A stretch of 64,000 bases of DNA from the human T2T-CHM13v2.0 reference genome, Homo sapiens: the NCBI RefSeq assembly GCF_009914755.1, contig NC_060940.1. One strand, written 5' to 3'. Made by a program: the position numbers and the translations under genes. Of this stretch, positions 12,872 through 27,191 are shown one piece after another (within the stretch, counting starts at the first letter, position 1; the number at the start of each line of letters is the position of its first letter). Under the pieces are notes generated by a model. It saw nothing but the letters and a program-made list of their open reading frames with translations. It made no database searches and was not told the DNA's origin.

Positions 12872-13364
12872 TGTGGTGGTTAAATTTATGTGTCATCTTC
12901 AGTGAGCCATGAGATGGCCAGATTAAACATTGTTTCTGGGGGTGTCTGTGATTGCTTCTGGATGGGACTGGCATTTGAATCAGTGAGCTCAGTAAGGTAG
13001 ATTTCCCTCCCCAAAGTGGTTGAGCATCATTCAATCCACTGACGACCTGAGTAGAACAAAAGGCAGGGGAAGCAGGAATTTGCCCTTTTTTTCCCTGCCT
13101 CACTGTTTGAGCTGGGACATCTCATTTCATCTCTTCCTCCCGTTAGATTGGGATTTATTCCATCAGCTCCTCTGGTTCTCAGGCTTCAAACTCAGACTGA
13201 ATTGCACCACTGGTTTCCCTGAGCCTCCAGCTTGCAGAAAATAGGTTGTGGGACCTCCCTACCTCCATAATAGCATAAACCAATTCCTCCTTATTTATAC
13301 TAACCAATGGTAGATACTATTGGTTCTATTGCTTCTATTTCTCTGGAGAACCCTGACTAATACA
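12872..13364 (+). mobile_element. MLT2 (MLT2D-like) solo LTR
   Basis: tgtggtggttaa...ggagaaccctgactaataca; TSD ataat. Confidence 0.8.
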
Positions 13365-13543
13365 ATAATAATTTTTTTAAATGGGTCATGTTTCAGGGGA
13401 AAAAGTCATAAGTTTGTTGTCCCTAATTTGTGTATGCATGATAGGAAGACATAAAAGAAGTCATAATTAATAGGCAAGCTAAAATAAAGCCAAGAAGCTT
13501 TGAATAGAGCCTGGTATTAAATATACCACTTGTACAAGCTTAC

Positions 13544-13605
13544 GGGAGAGGAGATTTCAAATGCTCCTGTCAGAAGTTTCTCAGATCAAAGAACTTGATT
13601 GACAT
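13544..13605 (-). pseudogene. Pseudo-exon, 62 nt, phase 1-0: (N)VNQVL*SEKLLTGAFEISSP
   Basis: Acceptor cctttaatcttctag; donor ccc|gtaagc; phase fits both neighbours. Confidence 0.7.
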
Positions 13606-14570
13606 CTAGAAGATTAAAGGCTATCTGATCCACAGATAAAACAATCAATCTCCTAGGCCAGAGATTTATATAAAAACAATTATGCCTCCATTTTTTTAAT
13701 GGCTGTATTCCTGGAAGAGCCACTTATTCCTTTTCTTTTACCTTGTATTCAATAACTATTGAGTGTTATTGAATGTGCCGTGTTTGGTTGAGTGCAAAAG
13801 ATCCAATGAGAATGAGTTCTAGTTCTTTCAAAGAATTTATAGGCTTGGGACTTGGGTGGACTAATACACAGGAAATTATCAAAAGGGAAAGAGAGAGAAG
13901 TGCTATGATTGGCTGATTTAAAAACCCATAGAAAGGACACTCAACCTACTCTTGATGGCATAGCAGATACAATCTTGATGGTATAGCAGATTAACAAGAC
14001 TAATCTTGTTCATCCTCACCAAATATTCTATATTGCCCCCTATATTTTCCACCTTTCTCTGCAGTTACAATGGAGTCATGTGACTAATTCTGACCAAGAG
14101 ACCGTGAGCAGAAGTAACACATGTCACTTCCTGGTCAAAGTCATTAGGAGCTGTTCTGCTTCCTCTTCCTCTCTCCCCTCTTCTCTCTTCAGAGAGCTTG
14201 AAGGCCACGTGTTTCAGATGCCCCAACAGCAGCATGGCGGTATAGGGCTGCTCAACCTACATGGCACTTTATGTGAGTGAGAAATAAGCTTTATTGTGTT
14301 TAACTTTTGGGATTTCAGGTTTGGCCCGTCATGCAACTGGTGTAATTATCCTGATACAAGAGGTCAGAGAATGCTTCCTGAAAAGGAGAACTGAAAGGGT
14401 AGAAGCTTAAATGAAATTAGGCAGGCAGAGATATGGCTGCAAAGAGTAGTCCGTGAAGAGGAAACAGTGTCTGCCAAGCTTTGAAGACGGTTGCTTGTAA
14501 ATAGAGTTTGGGTTTAAAGGGGTCCTTTTTATTATTATTATTAATTTCCCTTGGATATTTACAACTTTAC

Positions 14571-14655
14571 TCATATCCATTTCTTCATATTCAATGGCAG
14601 GAATTTCTAGCTTTTAATTGAAGCTTCTCAGCTTATTGTTCCCCATCTTCTCCTT
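14571..14655 (-). pseudogene. Pseudo-exon, 85 nt, phase 0-1: KEKMGNNKLRSFN*KLEIPAIEYEEMDM
   Basis: Acceptor ...cattagctgctag; donor a|gtaaag; phase fits neighbours. Confidence 0.55.
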
Positions 14656-15215
14656 CTAGCAGCTAATGACCAGTAAATAAATCCACAAGGGCCCAGCCTA
14701 GCTGCTGTTTAAACAAACATTTTATTTAAACACTCTGCAAAGAAGTCCTGCACTCCAGCCTAGGCGACAGAGTGAGACTCTGTCTCAAAAAAAAAAAAAA
14801 AAAACAAAGGTGTTAGAGTGTTCATTGGAACATGTTTTCTAATAGCAAAACACAGGGGAAAAGCATGAATGCTCATCATGGGGGTGAGTGGTTAAACAAA
14901 ATGTGGTTCAGTCATACAATAGTGAGAATTACACACAGTGCTTACAAATAATGAACCAGGTCTCTCTTATCACATGGAGCAATCTCAAAAACACTGAGTG
15001 AGAAAAACAAGTTGTAGAATCACACACACACACACACACACACACACGCATACACATACAAAATGATACCATTCACAAAATTATTAAAATCCATTAAACT
15101 GTATATTGTTGATGTATTAGCCACAAGTTTAAAAACATAGGTCAGGAGCATTTACACCATCTTCATGAAAGTGATTGCTTCTTATGAATGAAGAAAGGAA
15201 CAGAGTGGAAGCGGC

Positions 15216-15701
15216 TGTCCTACTTTGGGCTCTTCTGAAAACAGAGCCTGAAACAAGGAGTCTGATGCAAGTAGTTTATTGGGGTGGCAATTGCAGGAAG
15301 ATAGTAAGGATGCAGGGAAAGAGAGACGGGAAGGGGAGTAAGTCAATAAAGTGTGTATTAATCTAGGGCAATTGGGACTCAATCTCAGCAGGAACCTCCT
15401 GAATAGCCATGCCTCAGAATCAATCCACTAAGGGACAAGGCAGCTGGGATAATTATTTTCCAACTCCCTTCTCTCATTGATCGAGGATTGACCTTGGGGC
15501 ATTGCGCCTCCAGTCCTTTGGGATTGCCCTGTGGACAGGCTAAGCAAGCTCTCTCGCCACTAGAGGGAACCCTGGGGCAGAGAAACGTGTGCTCCAGGGC
15601 GTAAGCAGTCAGCGTGCCTGGAAACCATCCACCATAGCTGCAAGAGGCCTAAAGAGATTGGCCAAGGGATGTGGCATGGGATACTAATCATATCTGCTAC
15701 A
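15216..15701 (-). mobile_element. ERVL LTR (LTR16/LTR33-like)
   Basis: tgtccta...cagagcctgaaacaagga...gcaagtagtttatt. Confidence 0.55.
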
Positions 15702-15722
15702 TGGGAAAAACTGTATCAGCAA

Positions 15723-16065
15723 TGTTTTGCTTTATTTTTAAGAAACATCTGAAGTAAATAAAATAAAATGTTAATATTTGTCAATTCTACCCAGTGGTTG
15801 CATGGGTGGCTGCTATATTATTCTCTGTTCCTTTTTGCATTTTGTCTTTAAATTTTACAAATTACATTCACAATGTTGTAAAACCACCGCCACTGTTTTG
15901 CTTTATTTTTAAGAAACATCTGAAGTAAATAAAATAAAATTGTTAATATTTGTCAATTCTACCCAGTGGTTGCATGGGTGACTGCTATATTATTCTCTGT
16001 TCCTTTTTGTATTTTTTGTTTAAATTTTACTAATTACATTCACAATGTTGTAAAACCATCACCAC
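15723..16065 (+). repeat. About 171-bp tandem duplication
   Basis: 15723-15893 repeated at 15894-16065 with few differences. Confidence 0.9.
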
Positions 16066-16324
16066 TGTCTATTTCCAAAATTTCACCACCCTAAAGAGAG
16101 AGCAATAAGCAATAACTCCTTATGCTCCTCTCCCTTGGCCTTTGGTAACTTCTAATCTACCTTCTGTCTCTATAAATTTCCCTATTCTAGATATTTCATA
16201 CAAGTAGAATCACACAATATTTGTCCTTTTTGTTGGCCTATATCACTTAGCATAATGCTTTCAAAGTCAATCCATGTTGTAACATGTATCAGAACTTTCT
16301 TTCTTTTTATGGCTGAATAATACC

Positions 16325-16369
<45 letters not shown>

Positions 16370-16812
16370 CACATTTTGTTTATTTATTCATCTGTTGATG
16401 AACTCTTGGGTTGTTTTCACCTTTTGGCTATTGTGAATAATGCTACAATAAACATTGCCATGGAAGTAACTATTGGAGTCCGTGTTTCCAATTTTTTGTT
16501 GTATACCTAGGAACAGAATTGCTAGGTCATATGGTAACTCTATGTTTCATTTTTTGAGGAACCACTATACTCCTTTCCATAGCATCTAAACCGTCCTACA
16601 TTCCAACCAGCGCTTCATAAGGGTTCCAATTTCTCCCCATCCTCGCTAACACTACCTTCTCTTTGTTGTTGTTGTTGTTATAGCCATCCTAGTAGGTATG
16701 AAGGGATATTTCACTGTGGTTTTGGGTTGCATGTCCTTAATGATGATATTGAACACCTTTTCATCTACTTATTGGCCATTTATGTATCTTCCTTGGAGAA
16801 ATGCCTATTCAA
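16030..16812 (-). mobile_element. L1MB 3' end with (TG)n
   Basis: Antisense L1 3'UTR motifs such as ttttggctattgtgaataatgct. Confidence 0.8.
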
Positions 16813-16917
16813 GCTTTCTGTATTCTTAAACCTTTTCAAAATAAAAATGTAAGGTCCTATAGCATGCAGTGGAGCCTACTATTTGAAAACAACTTCTGCT
16901 TTTTCTAGTGAAGTTAC

Positions 16918-17049
16918 TTTCTTGATTTTTCTAACAATCAAAATTTTTCTCTACTTTGTCTCTCAGCAGATTTCAGTTTCAACTGCATCATCCATTCCAT
17001 CAATCAGCAAGTTTGCTAAGAGAGCTTTCGTGAAGCTACTTTGCAACAT
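16918..17049 (-). pseudogene. Pseudo-exon, 132 nt, phase 0-0: MLQSSFTKALLANLLIDGMDDAVETEIC*ETK*RKILIVRKIKK
   Basis: Acceptor tttgcttgtcacttag; donor aaa|gtaact. Confidence 0.6.
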
Positions 17050-17315
17050 CTAAGTGACAAGCAAATCCAACTTTAGGCAAAGGTCCAATAAGTCACACTC
17101 CAGGAGATAGCAACAAAAGTAAAATCAAGTAGTGATGACTTGTCAACCTATCCTTTATTCTGGACTAAAGGGATGTGGGCTTTTTCTTTTGGTTTTAAGT
17201 AGGAAAATGATCTCTTCCCATCTCCTAATCACAGAACAAGAAACGAAGGGAAGGAAGATTAAAAAGGGTAGGGTAGTCCCTCCAAAAATACACAAAAGCA
17301 TCAATTGTAGTTTAC

Positions 17316-17429
17316 ATCAAAATTCAAGTCCCATGAAGTTTATCAAAGTTTGTAGTATAACTGTATCTCTCTACTAGAGTTTGAACCAAGCATTTTTTCT
17401 CTTTGCTGGCATGTCTATTGTTCCAAGTT
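17316..17429 (-). pseudogene. Pseudo-exon, 114 nt, phase 1 start: (E)LGTIDMPAKRKNAWFKL**RDTVILQTLINFMGLEF(fs)D
   Basis: Acceptor ccccattattcccatag; donor gat|gtaaac; removing one T from gaattttgat restores a phase 0 end. Confidence 0.55.
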
Positions 17430-19134
17430 CTATGGGAATAATGGGGTTTATTTAATATTTTCCACATCTTCCCTACTTGTCAGTTATTTCTCTCCCCCTT
17501 CCTCAAACCCCTGAGAAACTCCCAAACACTTTCTATATTGTATTCACGAGGAGGCAACACTGTGGGACTGGGTTTGGGCATGGAGTGTAGCCTGCAGACT
17601 ATCAAGGGTTGGAGTCTTGGCTTTGTCATTTAATATCGTTGTTGTTGATGCTGCTGTTGGTGCTAACTTCTCTAAACTTCAGTTTCCTTTTAAAGTCTGT
17701 TTTAAAAAGGAAAACTATTACTACAAATAACCAAAATATCAATTTTATCTAGTTTGAACAATAAAGACAATTTAATATATCTCATTTAACAGGAAGTCTA
17801 GGGATTTCCGAGATTGGGCGGGATTCAGAGCTGGTTTTTTTCAGCCACTCGATGATATTGTTAAGGACCTAGGTTCTTTCCATCTTGCTACTCTGCCAGC
17901 CAAAGCATTAGTATTATCTTAAAACCAGTTTCCTTGTAGCTGTAAGAAAGCTGTTAGCTATAAACTTCTCTGTATATATCTCCCAGAAGGCAGCAACATT
18001 CTCCTCCAATTTGGTGATGGGTAGAGAGGTTTTTCCTTTAGATCGATTGGGAAGAACCAACAAAAACATTACTGGAACTAATAAGCAATTATAGCAAAGT
18101 TGCAGAGCACAAGGTTAATATAGAAAAGTCCATTGATTTCCTATATACCAGCAATTAACAAATGGAATTTGAAACTAAAAACACAATACCATTTCCATTA
18201 GCACCCCCTCCAAAAATTAAATACTTAGATATAAATATAACAAAATATGTATAAGATCTATATAAAGAAAACTACAAAACTAATGAAAGCAATACAAGAA
18301 CTAAATAAATGGAAAGATATTCCATGTTCATGGATAGAAAGACTCAATATTGTCAAAATGTCAGTTCTTCCTTGCTTGATCTATAGACTCAATACAATCT
18401 CAATCAAAATCCCAGAAAGTAATTTTGTGAATATTGACAAACTGACTCTAAGGTTTATATAGAGAGGCAAAAAGAAAAAAAAAAGAAAAAGAAAAAACAG
18501 AATAGCTAATACTGTAAAGCTACAGTAATCAAAATAGTGTAGTACTGGTAAAAGAACAGACAAATACATCAGTGGAACAGTACGGAGAGTACAGAAATAG
18601 GCTCACATATATAAACTGATCTTTGACAAAGGAGTAAAGTCAACATAATGAAGAAAAGATATGGTTTTTGACAAATGGTGCTGAAACAACCTGACATCCA
18701 TGTACAAACAAAATTTAGACCCAGATCTTATACCCCTAAAAAAAAACTCAAAATTGATCGTAGATCGAAATGTAAAATTCAAAACTGTAAGAGTACTAGA
18801 AAATAACATAAGAGAAATTCTAGATGACATTGGGTTTGTCAATGACTTTTTAGACACAACACCAAAGGCACAATTCATGAAAGAACCAATTGATAAGTTG
18901 GACTTCACTAATATTAAAAATTCCTTCTTTGTAAAAGACACTATCAATAGAATGAAAAGCCAAGCCACCAACTGAGAAAAAAATACTTGCAAAAGACGTG
19001 TCTGACAAAGGATTATTATTCAAAACATACAAAAATAACTGAAAACTCAACAATAAGAAATAAAACAACCTAATACAAAAAAAAAAATGTATCAAAGACC
19101 TTAACAGACACCTCATCAAAAAGACATGCATATG

Positions 19135-19431
<297 letters not shown>

Positions 19432-19467
19432 GATATCCATATGGAAAACAAGCATATGAAAGATGCT

Positions 19468-19775
19468 GGCCAGGCGCAGTGGCTCACACCTGTAATCCCA
19501 GCACTCTGGGAGGCAGAGACAGGTGGATCATGAGGTCAAGAGATTGAGACCATCCTGACTAACTTGGCGAAACCCCGTCTCTACTAAAAAAAAAAAAAAT
19601 ACAAAAAAATTGGCCAGGTCTGGTGGCACACGCCTGTAGTCCCAGCTATTCAGGAGACTGAGGCAGAAGAAATGCTTGAACCGGGAGGCAGAGGGTGCAG
19701 TGAGCAGAGATTGCACCACTGCACTCCAGCCTGGGCAACAGAGCGAGATTCCATCTCCAAGAAAAAAAAAAAAAA
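19468..19775 (+). mobile_element. AluS (Sc-like)
   Basis: TSD gaaagatgctg. Confidence 0.9.
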
Positions 19776-20584
19776 GAAAGATGCTGCAGATCATATGTCA
19801 TTAGGAAAATTAAAGCAACAATAAAGTACTACTACTACCACATACCTATTAGAATGGTCCCAAATCTGGAACACTGACGATACCAAATGCTGGCAAGAAT
19901 GTTGAGCAGCAGGAACTCTCATTCATTCCTGGTGGGAATGCAAAATGGTACAGACAGTTTGGAAGAGAGTTTGGCAAATTTCCTCCAAAACTAAACATAC
20001 TCTTACCATATGACCCAGTAATCTCACTCCTTGGTATTTACCCAAATGAGTTAAAAATTTGTATCCACACAAAAATCTGCACACAGATGCTTATAGCAGC
20101 TTTATTCATAATTGCTAAAACTTGTCAATCATGTTCTTTAATAGGTGAATGAATAAATAAACTGTGGTACATCCAGTTGATGGAATATCACTCAGTCCTA
20201 AAAAGAAATGAGCTATCAAACCATTAAAAAATGGAGGAAATGTACATGCATATTTAAGTTAAAGAAGTGAAAGAAACCAATACAAAAAGGCCACATATTA
20301 TGTGATTCTAACTATATGACATTCTGGGAAAGGCAAACTAAGGAGACAATAAAATGATCAGTGGTTGTCAGGTACCAGGGGGAGGGAGGGATGAAGCACA
20401 GAGAACATTTAGGGCAGTGAATCTACTCTGTATGATACTCTAATGGTGGGCACGCATTTGTATGCATTTGTCCAAGCCCATAGAATGTACAACATCAAGA
20501 GTGAACTTTAATGTAAACTACGAACTTTGGGTGATAATGATGAGTCAATGTAGGTTCATCAGCTATAACAAATGAACCACTCTG

Positions 20585-21035
<451 letters not shown>

Positions 21036-22073
21036 CTATAACTTCTCTAAAAAATAAAGTCTAATAAAATAAAGGTTTTTTAAAGAGTAAAAAGATGAAA
21101 GTCAAGACATGAAAACAGAGAGATGAATAGAATAATTATACTAGAAAGTCTAGGTTAAGCTGAGCAAAACTTGCTCTGAGCATCCTGACAGTCAAGGTAA
21201 ATAGAAAAATAAATAGATTTCTGTTCTGAAAGGTATTTAAAGTGGCTCAGTGGGAAAGAAAATTTCTTAAACTAATTTAAGTTTGTAGAATTAAAAGACC
21301 AAAAATAAAAAGGCTGAATTTGGTATGGTCCTTGCCCTTACAAAGCTGTGTCCAAATGTGGTTTAAAAGGAGGGATGTGCAAATGTTGCACAAGGCTACA
21401 AAGAAGGTGACAGGTCAGACAAGATGCCACAGATAAGGTGGCATTTGAGCTGATGGCTGTCCACCAGAGTGGGGCAGTTAGAATGGACATCTGTTGATTT
21501 GCTTGTCCAGAATTTGGGTAACAGCATCTCAATTTTCCTTTGTAAATCCACCCTCCCCTTTTCCCAACTCTCAGTCTGCATGATTTAAGTTGTTCCCATT
21601 TCCTGGCACTGCCGTGATACCATAACCAAGATCTGGCCAACCAGTACAACTCTTCCCTGGTACAGGGATTGGTTTCTACACAGACCAAAGGTAGTCCAAT
21701 GACCCTCCAACTCCAAACTCTTGATAAAAGTTTCATTCCCCTGGGATTGCTAAGCAAATAGAAAGGAAGACTGGAGTTTCTCTAAACCATCACATGGAGA
21801 TAGCTTGCCTAGAATAAAGACCACATGAGATGAGTGGCAGAGAGAAAGAAATGCAGCCCTGATGACACCATTTGTGCTCCTGGATCCAGCTGTTCCTGAA
21901 TGCAAATTATGAATCCCTTGAATTTATCTGTTACATAACCAATAAATCATGTATATGCACTATTTTTTTAATTAAACCAACTTTAGTTGAGTTTCTGTCA
22001 CTTGCAACCCAAAGAATCCTAACTAATAAGGGGGTGATGGAGTGAATACAAGCTCAAGTCATGCCTCCATAAC

Positions 22074-22142
22074 CTGCAGGAATGGCAGAATGCAGACCAA
22101 GAATCTGCAAAACACTTGAGTTTAGGATGAAAGTAGATAAAC
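22074..22142 (-). pseudogene. Pseudo-exon, 69 nt, phase 1-1, open: (G)LSTFILNSSVLQILGLHSAIPA
   Basis: Acceptor cctgcttttcttgctacttctctag; donor cag|gttatg. Confidence 0.6.
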
Positions 22143-22348
22143 CTAGAGAAGTAGCAAGAAAAGCAGGTCATGAAGTGCCCTGAGACAGTTAACATAGTTG
22201 AAGTAGATGTGTACATATTTTAAATTCTATGCTTCAAAATTCTCTGTGATCAAGCAAAATAAGATAAGATGTTTATAACAGAAAACTATAACTTGTATCC
22301 TAGAATTTTCTATTCAGTAAGTTAAATAAATACATTTTCTCACCCCTA

Positions 22349-22420
22349 GTGGTGGTGGTGATGGTGGTGGTGGTGGTGGTGATGGTAGTGGTGGTGGTGG
22401 TGGTGGTGGTGATGGTGGTT
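22349..22420 (+). repeat. (GGT)n trinucleotide repeat, interrupted
   Basis: Direct reading. Confidence 0.9.
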
Positions 22421-23609
22421 TGCTTTTGATTTTTGTTCTGGCTGCTGTTGTTTTTAGGAAAATTCTCATCCAAAAGCCTCTAGGCTCCTAAGAAAGCACT
22501 GAGTGGGGAGTGTGGCAAACTCAATGAAACTGGAAATCCTTTGTCTCTGAAGCTATGACAGATAAAAAGGAGACTGGCTCATGGGAAGGACCAGTGCTTC
22601 TGGCACCTCCTCTTCTCTACAAGGCAGATAAGATTCAAGAATCCCAGGCTAGTCATGGGGGGATGTTGACTTGGGTGGAGACAGGATGTGGCTCTCATTT
22701 ATTGAAATTATGCAAACCTGAGGCCTGACCTTCAAGAGAAACTGGACCCTCAGTTAAAGAAGGTATCAGATATTAATCAATTAGAAGGAAAGAGAAGAAA
22801 TCCAGGGGAGGCTGAGCAGATGAGAGAAATCAAACCACAGACCGGGCAGGTGCCTCTCTGCTTCTGTAATCCCTTATCCTGGTCTTAGAGCAAACAGCAA
22901 AGTAGCCTGAAGCTAGAGAACAGGGTCTGTATGAGCCTCAGTCCCCCAGAAATCCGCATTGCAGTGTGCTAATACCAAAATGCATAAATAAATGGAATGA
23001 ATAGCTGAAGCCAGCCAGGGTGGGCAAGCTTTTCTGTTCCTCCCCCAGCCTTCTCCCTCCCCTACCCTCTTGGTCCTGAGTGTCAGTCCTCTATCCCGTA
23101 TTCAGGCAACATCCTTGGCAAACTCAATAATATTTACGTGTTTGGAATAAAATTACCACATTTTGTTAGCATGGACTGTAAAGCAAACATGGATGAGAGC
23201 AGTGGCTTTCTATTTGCATGGTGGTCCAAGGAGCCCTCTCTCCAGCCGACCCAGTTTCCAATGCAGGCATCGGAGTGCCACCTTGTGGTAAGGAAAAAAA
23301 AAATGGACATTGCTTTCCAAGCTAGGATTTCTAAGTTCCTGCCTGTGCACATTTTTCTGCTATCCGGAAGGAGAACAGAAGTAAGTACTTGGGCTCACAG
23401 TCCCTCTCTAAAGTGGAAGCATGTCTCAAAGCAGCCCACTGCACTTGCCTAACCTAGAGTCCCAGCAGCTGATCTTTCTTGAGCTCAGCTGCAGGAAAGG
23501 TGGGAGATCTTAGAAAATTTTTTCTATGCACTCAGCAGAGCTGTCTTTGGTGAGAATAGTCACTGATTTAACCCAGAAGGCCACAGTTATTGGGGGATTG
23601 AAGGAAGAA

Positions 23610-23970
23610 TCCAGGCACTGGAGACATTTTTGGTTGTGAAAATTGGGGGAGGGGTGCTCCTGGCATTTTGTAGATAGAGGCCTGAGATGCGGCAAACATC
23701 CTTCCACTCAGAGGCCAGCACCCCCAGGACAAGGAATTATCCAGCCCCAGATGTCAAGTGTTGAGACTGAGAAGCCCAGCTCTTGTCACTTTACATGTTG
23801 TTATCACCTTTAATGTTCTCAACACTCGTAGAAAATAGGTATTATAACTTCCATTCTACAGATGAGGAAACTGAAGCATCCAGGAGTTCCATAACTCACT
23901 CAAGATCACACAGCTGGCAAATGCAGATGTGATTAAGACCCAGGTTGGCTCCAAAGCCTGGGTTTTTTAA
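23610..23970. mobile_element. MER20 followed by MIR
   Basis: ctggagacatttttggttgt and cagatgaggaaactgaagc cores. Confidence 0.7.
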
Positions 23971-24011
23971 GCCTCCCCACTGGGGTACTTCCAGCATTCT
24001 GGTGTTGGAGA

Positions 24012-24772
24012 TGAGGACTAAGCTCTGATTTTTTAATCGTGTCCAAATTCCTATCTAAGGAGTCTGGGGAGTCATGCCATACAACCATAAATTCTCATCA
24101 GATGGGTTTTATTTAACCCTCTATATCATGACTTACTTTCCAACCTGACCCTGGCATAACATTACGAGACAAGGAAGAAAATCAAAATATTTTACCCTAA
24201 AACATGTTTCTTTGCCATATTTTGAAATGGCCCTGCAAAGCTGTCTTTTGTAGGGGAAAATCTGCATCTGTAAAAAATCTCTATTAACATAGCTAGATAT
24301 TTTTCTTCCAGGCCCTCCCAATCCTGAAGAGAGTAACTAAGAGTTTAGCACCTTTCAAAGATCTGAATAGAAAACATTTGTCATCTATTGCCTCTAAGGG
24401 CAGCCACTATGAGACTTCAAAAGAACCTTGTCTCCACAATCATTTATCTTCACCCGAACATTCCCTTTCCATCGATCCCAGGTCATTAGACTCAACCAAT
24501 TGTCAACCAAAAAATGTTTAAATTTACCTATAGCCTGGAATCCCCCACTTTGAGTTGTCTCGCCTTTCTGAACCAAACCAATGTATTTCTTAAATGTATT
24601 TGATTGATGTCTCATGCCTCCCTAAAATGTATAAAACCAAGCTGCAGCCCAACCACCTTGGGCAGATGTTCTCAGGACTCCTGAGGGCTGTGTCAAGGGC
24701 CATGGTCACTCATATTTGGCTCAGAATAAATCTCTTCAAATATTTTACAGAGTTTGACTCTTTTTGTTGACA
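24012..24772 (+). mobile_element. MER4E-like ERV1 solo LTR
   Basis: tgaggactaagctctgatt...agagtttgactctttttgttgaca; 4-bp TSD gaga. Confidence 0.85.
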
Positions 24773-24968
24773 GAGACATAACCCTGAACCTCAGCTTAAC
24801 AACATCAGTTAGTAAATACCAAATTACATGTATCCAACATAGAAAATACAGGGGAGAGAGAATTCCAACTCTCATTCTACCCCAATCAGTAGAGGAGACC
24901 TTAAAGTCTTCTGAAAAAATGCCCCTCTGTATCTCTTACCACATCAATGGGATCTGAAGGTTCTAGGA

Positions 24969-25195
24969 CAAGGGTTGGTAAACCTAACAGGGGTTAGCCT
25001 GCAGGCCAGATCTGGCCCGCTGCTTGTTTTTAGAAATAAAGTTTTATTGGAACACAGTCATCGCTCTTCATTTACATATTGTCTATGGCTCCTTTCGTGC
25101 TCCAGTGGCAGTATTAAGTAATGGCAACAGAGCCTGCGTGCCCTGTAGAGTGTTTACTATTTGATCCCTTACAGGAAGTGTGTGCCTATTTCTGC
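24969..25195. mobile_element. MER58A DNA transposon
   Basis: aaataaagttttattggaacacag core. Confidence 0.75.
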
Positions 25196-25220
25196 TCTAG
25201 GCTAAATAGGTTTCAGACAC

Positions 25221-25276
25221 CTATTGCCAACATTTGCTCTTGTTTATGTCCCAGGATGAGACGGTTTTCCCCATGT
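25221..25276 (-). pseudogene. Candidate pseudo-exon, 56 nt, phase 2-1, open: HGENRLILGHKQEQMLAI
   Basis: Acceptor gctcatttag; donor tag|gtgtct; phase fits the 22142 exon. Confidence 0.45.
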
Positions 25277-26026
25277 CTAAATGAGCATCCCTCTACCCCT
25301 TGGAACATCCTCAACACAAACAAATCTAGGTTAGAGATCAGGAAATCTGGTTCAGCCTGAATTATCTGTGTTCTGACCTTTCTGCCCACAGATAACACTA
25401 TCAGTCCACCAGTAAATCATGGGCTATGGACCATAGGAATGCCCTGAACCATTCTAACACACAATTTCCAGACTTCTTTCTATGTGCCTGGTGTGTCCCA
25501 GATGACATCATAGACACCATATTATTAATAGATGCCATTAATAAAAAGTATTTACTTTTTTAAAAAAAGTGAACGTTTGTCAAGCGTTTTGCTGATGAAG
25601 TATAATCTCATTTAATCCTCACAACAAACAGAGTGAGTATTATTATCCCCATTTTACAAATGGAGACCATACCTTGAAGATTACCCAGGCCAAAATTGGG
25701 AAAGCGGTCTGCCTGTGTCAAACAAAACTTTTGTCTTCACCAGTCTGGTTGGCGCATAAAATATAATCATGCTCAACAAATATATTAAGTAAGCCAGGCC
25801 TAAGTGTTAACATAAATACATAAAGCACAAGCTCTGTCCTCACACAGCTCAACTACATAAAAGAGACTGATTGTGAGCAGGTAATGATAGAGCAACACCA
25901 TTAACTCCTCACATACCAGGAAGCCTCAGAGTCTAAGAGCAGAGAGAAAGGGCATCTAACCCAGCATGGGGCTTCCATGAGTAAAGGGCATCTCAAATCA
26001 TTCTTGAAGTATACACAGGCTGAGGC

Positions 26027-26580
26027 CGTGATGTTAATATTAGGTGTCAACTAATATTGACATTGGATTGAAGGATGCCTAGAGAGCTGGTAAAGTATTG
26101 TTTCTGGGTGTGCCTGTGAGGGTGTTGCCAGAGGAGATTGACATCTGAGTCAGTAGACTGGGAGAGGAAGACCCACCCTCAATGTGGGTGGGCTCCATCC
26201 GATTGGCTGCCATCATGGCTAGAACAAAGCAGGCGGAGTAAGGTGGGATAAGCTGGCTTGCTGAGTCTTCTTGGCTTCCATCTTTCTCGCATGCTGGATG
26301 CTTCCTCCCGTTCCTCTTGCCCTTGGACATCAGAGTCCAGGTTCTTTGCCGGAGGCCCTCAGGCCTTCAGCCACAGACTGAAGGCTGCACTGTCAGTTTC
26401 CCTGCTTTTGAGGCTTTTGGACTTGGACTGAGCCCCTACTGGCTTCTTTCTTCCCCAGCTTGCAGATGGCCCATCGTGGGACTTCGCTTTGTGCTTGTGT
26501 GAGCCAATTCTCCCTAATAAACTCCATGTCCTATATACATAGATCCTCTTAGGTCTGTCCCTCTGGAGAACCCTAATATA
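26027..26580 (+). mobile_element. MLT2A/B solo LTR
   Basis: gtgatgttaatatt...gtccctctggagaaccctaata. Confidence 0.8.
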
Positions 26581-27149
26581 GAGGGCACAGCCTGAGAAAG
26601 GACAGGGTGGCAACGAAGTGTACATATGAGCAAGTCTAGGACCCTAATAAGATCAAATCAACAAATAAACCACCACCCCGATCAGGCGTCTCAAACTCAT
26701 GGCCCCTAGGCAGACTCCAACCTACAGACAAATTTTGTCTTATCTACACGGTAGTGACCACAGTATATTTTTTTACTTGAAATTGTTGCCAAGAGTTCTG
26801 CATTTGCAGTTTTCTCATAGAAATCTAGATTTTCAGCCTTTCTTTAAAAATCCTAAGATCTGCAATCATTGATCCCAGGTTTCCCTGGACCAAGCACTGG
26901 CTAAGATGAATAATGACTGCGCACTTTATTTTCCTCATGCCAAGGCATGTCTTGTCCTTTATCACCACACTTGTGCCACACACGTTTTCTCTTATGTTCA
27001 GGCATCCTCATTCATTGACGTATGTGTGTCACCTCCAAAGGCATTTGAGTATTCAGCCCCTGGTCTACTCCATAAAATCTAAGCTTGTGGGTATGGAGTT
27101 TCATTCACTGGCCTCTGTTTATCTTTTCCAGGTTTTTCCCCTATGGCTG

Positions 27150-27191
<42 letters not shown>

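Noticed and set aside
18247-18975. L1 ORF2-like peptides as an active element
   Set aside because: Fragmented, frameshifted and 5'-truncated fossil L1MC.
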